From a virus (Duplodnaviria > Caudoviricetes), in IMG/VR virus record IMGVR_UViG_2706796142_000001, positions 11,148-75,147 of that record: 64,000 bases of DNA. The stretch is one strand, 5' to 3'. A program made the translations under genes and the position numbers. The notes beneath the pieces were generated by a model. The model searched no databases. It saw only the letters and a list, made by a program, of their open reading frames with translations, and was not told the DNA's origin. This document shows positions 28,354 to 34,600 of this stretch, one piece after another (position 1 is the first letter of the stretch; every line of letters starts with the position of its first letter).

Positions 28354-28827
28354 ATGCAAGTTACCCTGACCCAAGCAGAAATCGAACAGGCTCTGAAGAA
28401 CTTTATCAATGACCAGATCAACATCAAAGAAGGCATGGAAATCAATATTGATATCCGTGCTACCCGTGGTGCTGATGGTACTACTGCTGTCATCGATATC
28501 GTTCCTGCTGGTTCTAGCACTCAGGTTGCTGCTGCCCCAGTTAAAGCTGTAAAGGCTGAAACTAAACCAGTGGCAAAGGAAGAAGCTCCTAAGCCAGAAG
28601 TGAAAGCGGAAAAAGCAGCCACTGTCGTAGCTGATGCAAAGGCCGAAGACACGCAGGATGTAGCACAGACCAATACTGGTGCTGTAGCTGGATCTGCGAC
28701 TGTTGCTGGTGAAGAAACTGCTCAGGCAGCAGAACCAGTACAGGAAACTAAGGCTGAGGTAGCTCAGGAAGCTGCCCCACGTCAGAGCCTGTTTTCCGGC
28801 CTGAAAAAACCAACCCCTAACGAGTAA
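28354..28827 (+). CDS. Hypothetical protein: small N-terminal domain plus A/E/K/P-rich tail
   Basis: 157-aa ORF with strong codon bias; ends APRQSLFSGLKK. Confidence 0.75.
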   Translation: MQVTLTQAEIEQALKNFINDQINIKEGMEINIDIRATRGADGTTAVIDIVPAGSSTQVAAAPVKAVKAETKPVAKEEAPKPEVKAEKAATVVADAKAEDTQDVAQTNTGAVAGSATVAGEETAQAAEPVQETKAEVAQEAAPRQSLFSGLKKPTPNE

Positions 28828-28835
28828 GGCAGCCT

Positions 28836-28976
28836 ATGAGGATACTGATCTACGGTATCCTCACGGTAGCTGTCGTACTCGCAATCACTTCAGCTATCGT
28901 GTCGATTGCTCCATACGTAGCGATAATCATCGTGATTGCCTTAATCGGCTGGTTCGTAGACAGACCTCCTAAGTAA
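28836..28976 (+). CDS. Small membrane protein (46 aa)
   Basis: Read by hand: MRILIYGILTVAVVLAITSAIVSIAPYVAIIIVIALIGWFVDRPPK. Confidence 0.65.
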   Translation: MRILIYGILTVAVVLAITSAIVSIAPYVAIIIVIALIGWFVDRPPK

Positions 28977-28992
28977 TGGGAGGTCTTTTTTT
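28962..28992 (+). terminator. Rho-independent terminator
   Basis: AGACCTCC/GGAGGTCT stem plus T7. Confidence 0.75.
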
Positions 28993-29073
28993 GGATGGTT
29001 ACTCATAACCTCCTGCTGAAGTTCCTCCTGTTAATAGGCAGGAGGCGTGTTGGCGCACAGTGAGTAATCATCC
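28993..29073 (+). promoter_or_regulatory. Multibranch structured element
   Basis: 13-bp stem GGATGGTTACTCA/TGAGTAATCATCC enclosing a CCTCCTGC/GCAGGAGG stem. Confidence 0.5.
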
Positions 29074-29086
29074 ACAAGGAGATCCT

Positions 29087-29476
29087 ATGCTAATTGATCC
29101 AGAAGAGAATGAAGAAGTTCTTGTCTCAGGAATTATGCTGTTTGACTGTAATGAACGTTTGATGTGTCCTGACTGTGGCACCATTAGCAACAAGCATCTG
29201 TGCTCTGCACCATTCTTTTACCAGTACAAACACAGTCCATTTATAGGCCCACAGTTTGTCTGTCATCACACCTGTCATCGTTGTGGTTACAAAGATGATG
29301 TGGGAAGTGGCTTCACTGACTCAGGTAACTATGAGTCTGAAGAAACAGATGGTATTCAGGAATGGGAAAAAGAAATCGATGAACTGGAAGATGAGCTTGC
29401 TATCTTAAAGCAGAAGTTGGAAAACGGTAAACGCCGTTGGGCAATGTTATGGCATGTTGATCATGATGCAACATAA
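29087..29476 (+). CDS. Putative zinc-ribbon protein with C-terminal coiled coil
   Basis: AAGGAGA RBS; CPDC, CHHTCHRC; acidic coiled coil. Confidence 0.65.
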   Translation: MLIDPEENEEVLVSGIMLFDCNERLMCPDCGTISNKHLCSAPFFYQYKHSPFIGPQFVCHHTCHRCGYKDDVGSGFTDSGNYESEETDGIQEWEKEIDELEDELAILKQKLENGKRRWAMLWHVDHDAT

Positions 29477-29490
29477 CGTAGGAGTTTACA

Positions 29491-29691
29491 GTGGAACATA
29501 TCCCTAAAGAAGAATTGATTGTTGGTAAGCGTTACAAGGGTCGTTGTCGTAACGCTACAGAAGCAGTATGGGATGGTAAACAATTCGAGTATACCCGTAG
29601 TAAGTTTGGGCATACATTTCAGGAGAAGATCTATTGTCCTGAAGATGATGATGTTTACGATGTGTTCTATGCTCAACAAGCTATTGACTAG
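29491..29691 (+). CDS. Hypothetical protein
   Basis: GTG start after AGGAG; YKGRCRNATEAVWDG...F.Y.R.KFG conserved phage pattern. Confidence 0.7.
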   Translation: MEHIPKEELIVGKRYKGRCRNATEAVWDGKQFEYTRSKFGHTFQEKIYCPEDDDVYDVFYAQQAID

Positions 29692-29720
29692 CAACATAAG
29701 TTGGTAGTAGTATCATTTTC

Positions 29721-29796
29721 GACGGGTTAGCTCAGTTGGTAGAGCGATTGACTGTTAATCAATTGGTCATCGGTTCAAATCCGGTACTCGTCGCCA
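29721..29796 (+). tRNA. tRNA-Asn(GTT)
   Basis: Cloverleaf; ATTGA-CTGTTAA-TCAAT anticodon arm; GGTTCAAATCC; encoded CCA. Confidence 0.95.
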
Positions 29797-29802
29797 AATT
29801 AT

Positions 29803-29879
29803 ATTCCCGTAGACAAATTGGTACAGTCACCACACTTTCACTGTGGAGTTTGTGGGTTCAAGTCCCATCGGGAATGCCA
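29803..29879 (+). tRNA. tRNA-Glu(TTC)
   Basis: ATTCCCG/CGGGAAT acceptor; CCACA-CTTTCAC-TGTGG; GGTTCAAGTCC; CCA. Confidence 0.9.
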
Positions 29880-29885
29880 AACAAT

Positions 29886-29961
29886 AGTCCTATAGTTCAG
29901 TCGGTAGAATACCTCCCTGTCACGGAGAAGGTCACGGGTTCGAGTCCCGTTAGGACTGCCA
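29886..29961 (+). tRNA. tRNA-Asp(GTC)
   Basis: AGTCCTA/TAGGACT acceptor; CTGTCAC loop; GGTTCGAGTCC; CCA. Confidence 0.93.
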
Positions 29962-29964
29962 AAT

Positions 29965-30040
29965 TGCTTCATAGCTCAGTGGGTAGAGCAACCGCCCGAT
30001 AAGCGGTAGGTCACTGGTTCAAGTCCAGTTGAAGCAACCA
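29965..30040 (+). tRNA. tRNA-Ile(GAT) with C33
   Basis: TGCTTCA/TGAAGCA acceptor; ACCGC-CCGATAA-GCGGT; GGTTCAAGTCC; CCA. Confidence 0.9.
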
Positions 30041-30042
30041 GT

Positions 30043-30123
30043 TTAGAGGTATTCAAGGTCGTTGGTCATAGTGGTTTTCGGTATAGCCCCGAACAACGTA
30101 AAATGATCCCTTGCCTCTAATCA
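30043..30123 (+). ncRNA. Candidate structured ncRNA A
   Basis: TTAGAGG/CCTCTAA, CAAGG/CCTTG, GTTG/CAAC, TTCGG/CCGAA nested stems; non-coding; inside tRNA array. Confidence 0.45.
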
Positions 30124-30124
30124 A

Positions 30125-30192
30125 TTCCGATTCGCTACCGGAAGACCTGTCAACCAGACACTAACTGGTCAATTGGGTGAGAAGCCCATTCA
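30125..30192 (+). ncRNA. Candidate structured ncRNA B
   Basis: TTCCG/CGGAA hairpin, ACCAG/CTGGT hairpin, TGGG-TGAGAAG-CCCA T-loop-like hairpin. Confidence 0.4.
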
Positions 30193-30198
30193 AATTAT

Positions 30199-30293
30199 GG
30201 AAGCTACAAACACAAGTAGGTCAGGTATTCCTTGGGGCAGTGTCTGACGTGAAAGTGGAATTGTGAGTGGTGAGAACCCACGAGCTTCCTGCA
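30199..30293 (+). ncRNA. Candidate tRNA-like ncRNA C
   Basis: 7-bp acceptor-like stem GGAAGCT/AGCTTCC plus TGCA tail; GTGG-TGAGAAC-CCAC T-arm; GTCAG/CTGAC arm without a 7-nt anticodon loop. Confidence 0.55.
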
Positions 30294-30298
30294 AATTA

Positions 30299-30380
30299 GG
30301 GGGATTAGTCAAGCGGTCGAAGACGGCAGACTGTAAATCTGTTATCCCACACGGTAGTTCGAATCTATCATCCCCCACCA
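30299..30380 (+). tRNA. tRNA-Tyr(GTA)
   Basis: GGGGGAT/ATCCCCC acceptor; GCAGA-CTGTAAA-TCTGT; variable arm; CCA. Confidence 0.93.
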
Positions 30381-30384
30381 ATTA

Positions 30385-30461
30385 CGGCATTTAGCTCAGT
30401 TTGGCAGAGCATCGGCTTTGGGAGTCGAGGGTCGAAGGTTCAAATCCTTCAGTGCCGACCA
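30385..30461 (+). tRNA. tRNA-Pro(TGG)
   Basis: CGGCATT/AGTGCCG acceptor; TCGGC-TTTGGGA-GTCGA; GGTTCAAATCC; CCA. Confidence 0.94.
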
Positions 30462-30466
30462 AATTT

Positions 30467-30558
30467 GGAAGATTGGCTGAGTGGCTAAAGGCGTCCGGTT
30501 GCTAACCGGAAGGCGGTGTAACAGCTTCCCACTGGTTCGAATCCAGTATCTTCCTCCA
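30467..30558 (+). tRNA. tRNA-Ser(GCT)
   Basis: GGAAGAT/ATCTTCC acceptor; TCCGG-TTGCTAA-CCGGA; long variable arm; CCA. Confidence 0.93.
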
Positions 30559-30563
30559 TCTTC

Positions 30564-30640
30564 AGGTCGTTAGCTCAGTTGGTTAGAGCACCGGACTTTT
30601 AATCCGGATGTCATTGGTTCGAGGCCAATACGACCTACCA
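30564..30640 (+). tRNA. tRNA-Lys(TTT)
   Basis: AGGTCGT/ACGACCT acceptor; CCGGA-CTTTTAA-TCCGG; CCA. Confidence 0.94.
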
Positions 30641-30642
30641 AA

Positions 30643-30759
30643 TTACAGTCCAGCTTTCTTCTAAATGAAACTCTATTGTGAGTGACAAATAGATCCCCTT
30701 AGGGGTAAGGGAAGTTGATAACAATATGCAGTACCCAACTACTGCTGGACTGTAACCCA
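30643..30759 (+). ncRNA. Candidate CCA-ended ncRNA D
   Basis: Perfect 12-bp terminal stem TTACAGTCCAGC/GCTGGACTGTAA followed by C-CCA; internal hairpins. Confidence 0.6.
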
Positions 30760-30866
30760 TTTCGGCTCGCTAATCCGAAAACTTGATGTGCTGCTTAACT
30801 GGGCTATCCCCCCATCCAAAAGGTTAACTGCACATCGCCTGCCTCGATTGGTTCCCGTAAGGAACT
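30760..30866 (+). ncRNA. Candidate structured ncRNA E
   Basis: TTTCGG/CCGAAA hairpin, GATGTGC/GCACATC with TTAAC/GTTAA, GTTCC/GGAAC hairpin. Confidence 0.4.
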
Positions 30867-30869
30867 ACT

Positions 30870-30905
30870 AAACCCCTGCATACACAACTATGCAGGGGTT
30901 TTTTT
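30870..30905 (+). terminator. Rho-independent terminator ending the tRNA array
   Basis: AACCCCTGCATA-CACAAC-TATGCAGGGGTT plus T tract. Confidence 0.9.
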
Positions 30906-30930
30906 ATATCTGAACCAAGAGGAAATACCA

Positions 30931-31428
30931 ATGAAGTTGAACCAACTGACTGATGAAATCCGTCACATGGTACTGGGTGCTGCACAGCATGTGCTGGCTA
31001 CTCAAGACGACCATGCATCGATGGATCGCTTCCTGACTAAAACCCATAAGCTGCTGGAGCATGAATTTCCTGAACCAGTAGAAGATGATGAGGCAGAGAT
31101 CACCATGATTGCCCGTCTGTGTCACCAAGCGAATAAAGCCTACTGTGAATCGCTGGGGGACTTCTCTCAGCCAGACTGGGAAGATGCACCTTCTGAGATC
31201 CGTGCGTCTGCCATGTTCGGAGTTGAGTTCCATCTGGAAGCTGATCGTACTCCTGCTGAGAGCCATGAAAACTGGATGAAGCAGAAGATACTGGATGGCT
31301 GGATGTATGGCCCGGTTAAGAACTTTGAAACCAAAGAACACCCTCTGCTGGTTGATTACGACCAGTTACCACAGGAACATAAATCGAAAGATTATATCTT
31401 CCGTGGTATCGTTAACGCCTTCAAATAA
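30931..31428 (+). CDS. RyR-domain protein
   Basis: IARLCHQANKAY, ESHENWMKQKILDGWMYGPVK...KEHPLLVDYDQLP...KD. Confidence 0.8.
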   Translation: MKLNQLTDEIRHMVLGAAQHVLATQDDHASMDRFLTKTHKLLEHEFPEPVEDDEAEITMIARLCHQANKAYCESLGDFSQPDWEDAPSEIRASAMFGVEFHLEADRTPAESHENWMKQKILDGWMYGPVKNFETKEHPLLVDYDQLPQEHKSKDYIFRGIVNAFK

Positions 31429-31437
31429 GGGGCAGTT

Positions 31438-31629
31438 ATGGCAAAGGTTGTAGCAGATGAAATGACCTACGAGAATACCAGTTGGGAAAGTTGGCTGGTC
31501 ACTTTAGTAGGTCTGGCAGAGGCACTGGGAGCTGATGTTACTGGTTCTGAGGATGCGTGGTTTAGTGACTACAAATCCGGTCTTACTCCGGTAGAATCGA
31601 TCCGAATGTTTTCACCAAAGTCACAATAA
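31438..31629 (+). CDS. Hypothetical protein
   Basis: 63-aa ORF with AAGGGG RBS, ends at the convergent terminator. Confidence 0.65.
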   Translation: MAKVVADEMTYENTSWESWLVTLVGLAEALGADVTGSEDAWFSDYKSGLTPVESIRMFSPKSQ

Positions 31630-31632
31630 AAG

Positions 31633-31657
31633 AAGCCCCTCAAATGAGGGGCTTTTT
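31633..31657. terminator. Bidirectional terminator between convergent middle and late modules
   Basis: AAGCCCCTCA-AA-TGAGGGGCTT with A tract before and T tract after. Confidence 0.85.
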
Positions 31658-31659
31658 AT

Positions 31660-34600
31660 TTAGTGAGCCAAGATGTTAACCCAAGGGTTTAGCATCGGTG
31701 ACTGGAGTGCTTGCCCAATACCAAGGGAATAACTCATTCGACCATCGCCCAATACAGTGAACATGTTATCTGTGATCGGTGAACCAATGGTGCCGAACAG
31801 TGTAGGGTGAGGAGTCATTGCACCTACCAGAGCATGTACCGGGTTGTTACGCAGCATGGACATAGCCACTTTTGCGGAACGGATCTTAAAGTTATAGAAC
31901 CAGAGAAGACCCGTCTTTTCCATGTATCCACGGAAGCGACCCGGCAGTCTGTCATAGTTCACATACTCTTCTGTGATACGAGACAGAGCATACTCAGTTG
32001 TCTTCTGCTGACGCTTAGTCAGGTGGTCAAACAGGATTGCTTTGGAGATGAAGTCACCATAGTCCATGGCTTTCTCCAGTCCTTTAAACAGAGCAGTATC
32101 CTGAGTGATCAACGCATAACGACCCATGTCACGAACTTCTTTCGGCAGCTTATCAACCTTCTCTTCAAGGTATGAGTAGAGCTTTCCTGAAGTCAGTGCA
32201 GTCTCTTCACCTGCCAGAGAAGCATCGTTAATTGCTGAGAATTCACCCGCCTGAATCAGAGGCCAGATACTCATTCTTGAATGGCTATCCAAGATGGTCT
32301 GGATCTCAGCTTTCAGTTTACGTGTCTTCACCACATCCCCATTGGCTGCACGAAGTTCTGCTTCGGCTTCGATCTGACGTACACGAGACTTAGTGTACTT
32401 GTCGATCTCTGCCAGTTTACGTGGCAGGCCACGAGCAATATCAGCAATCGGAACACCACGGCTAATCAACTGGTACACGTTACCCAAGGCATTCGATACC
32501 GGTACGATAATCGACTTAACGATGATCATGGTACGGGCATCATGAACCAAGTTCTGAGTAAAGCGTTCAGCATTGGTAGCGTACTGGTACGCCTTGTTGC
32601 CAAACATAGCCAGTGCCACATTCTTGGCAGTGTCTAAGGCTGATTTATTCCAGCGACTATTACCAGTCCAAGCATCACCAATTGAAGCATCGCGGTAGCC
32701 GAAAGCATCAGCCAACATATCACGGCGTACATAGAACTCTTTTCCGAACGTGTCTTCGATGTGCTCCTGTACTTCAGGGGTGAACAACGAGACTGCATCC
32801 GAGAGGACTTTATCCTTAGCCAGTTCCCTTGGATCCATGATGTTGATATACGCTGCTTTGTTGCTCGGATCATTAACCATGTCCTTTTCGTACATGCGAT
32901 GCAGTGAGTCCACCAGTGCTGTGTTTACTGCACCAGCCCGGATCTCTTCGACCTGACGACCACGCCATACACCGATCATCTTCGCAAGGTTAGTTTCCTT
33001 GTTCAGACGAGCTGTCTGCTGTGGAGCCAGGGAACGCTCGTAAGCGATTACAGTACCCTTGTTGTTATAGACGGGTAGCAAATGCTCTCCAGTCTCACCA
33101 CGGGCCATACGCTTCGTAATATTACGGATCTCAGTTGGATCAGTAATACGTCCGGCAACCATAGTGTGAACAGTGTTACCACTGTTAACGTCCACACCAT
33201 TCACGGTCTGACGAATGTTCTGCATGATACCTTGGTTGAATACAGCACGACCGGATACCGGAGCATAGTAGTAACCGTGTTTACCACGATTACCCTCTGC
33301 ACTGGATCCCTTGTAGTCACCCACACGGACATAGCTCATTTTGCTCAGACGATCGTACTCAGCATCGCTGGCAACAATCAGGGATACTCCCTGCTGGTTC
33401 TCAGAAGGAATGTAACCCTTGTACTGGTTGAACTTAGCAGCAGAAGATTTATCAGCTTTACGCTTTTCTTCTACCTGCTGACCTTTCAGATAGGCCATGG
33501 CAAAGTCAATACCTTCGGCTTCGTTATCGACCAGAGTAGACAGGTCATAACGCTCTTTCAGGTTCAACATGTCCAGTGCATACAGACTGGTCAGTTGGTC
33601 AACCATGGCAACAAACTGCTTGTCCTTCAGCTTGAATCCCTTCGCAGGTTTCTCACCCAGCAGACGGGAGATAGCCTCAGCATTACGCAGCAGGTTCTGA
33701 CCGTGTTCACCATTCATCATGTAGCCAGCCAGTTGCTGCATCTTGGCTTGGTACAGATCGAAGTTATCTGGATCAGCATTCTTCAACTGAGTTTCAAGGT
33801 GCTTAACGGCACGTTTGAATTCAGACGGCTTGCTTATCAAAGTGTGGATCTCATCATTGGACAGAGACTGACCCAATGAAGCCAGATCAGCTTTACCCAG
33901 TGACTTATGCAGTAATGTCCATTCTGCTTCGGTCAGGTCACGGCTGAACTTGTCTGCAATCACAGTCGGCAAGTGCTGACGGAATTGCTGACGATCTTGC
34001 TGAACCAGAGCATGAACAGCTTTAATCATGTCGTAAACACCAGCATTGGATTCGGTACGACCAACCATATCGTTGACCAAATCGAACCAAGGCTGTAGGC
34101 CACGACTACGGTTCAGAGCAGTCATCACACCATCAGCAACGTGAGCACCATTCTTCTCAGTAGCAATGGCACCGATCAGTTTGGCAGAAGAAGCCAACGC
34201 CTTAACATACTTGTTGTTGGACTTGTTCTTAACCTTCTCTGCTTTATCGATCAGACCAGAAGACAGGTCATCCATTGCCTGAACAATGTAATCGTTGGCC
34301 CGGTCAATGAAGCCACCAGCTTTAGAAGCGTACTGGTCAAAGAAGGTTTCACGGTTCTGAGCGATATCCAGAATGTGACCAGTCAGGCTATCAACAGCAG
34401 CCTGTACTGAATCACCACGCTCACCAGCCATGGTATTGGACAGTTTGTTAATCAGACGAGTACCAGTGTTTTCCAGCACAGCATCCAGAGTTTTGTCACC
34501 ATTCAGATCCAGTTTAGGAAGTGGCAGTTTCGCCAGTACCTCACGCAGACCATCGTTGACAGTAGCCAGAGCCAAGAAAGAAGGCAGCAGCGAAGAACGA

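Noticed and set aside
30199-30293. tRNA-Sec or intron-containing tRNA
   Set aside because: Starts GGAAG like tRNA-Sec but lacks a TCA anticodon loop, 8-bp acceptor, TTCG T-loop and CCA
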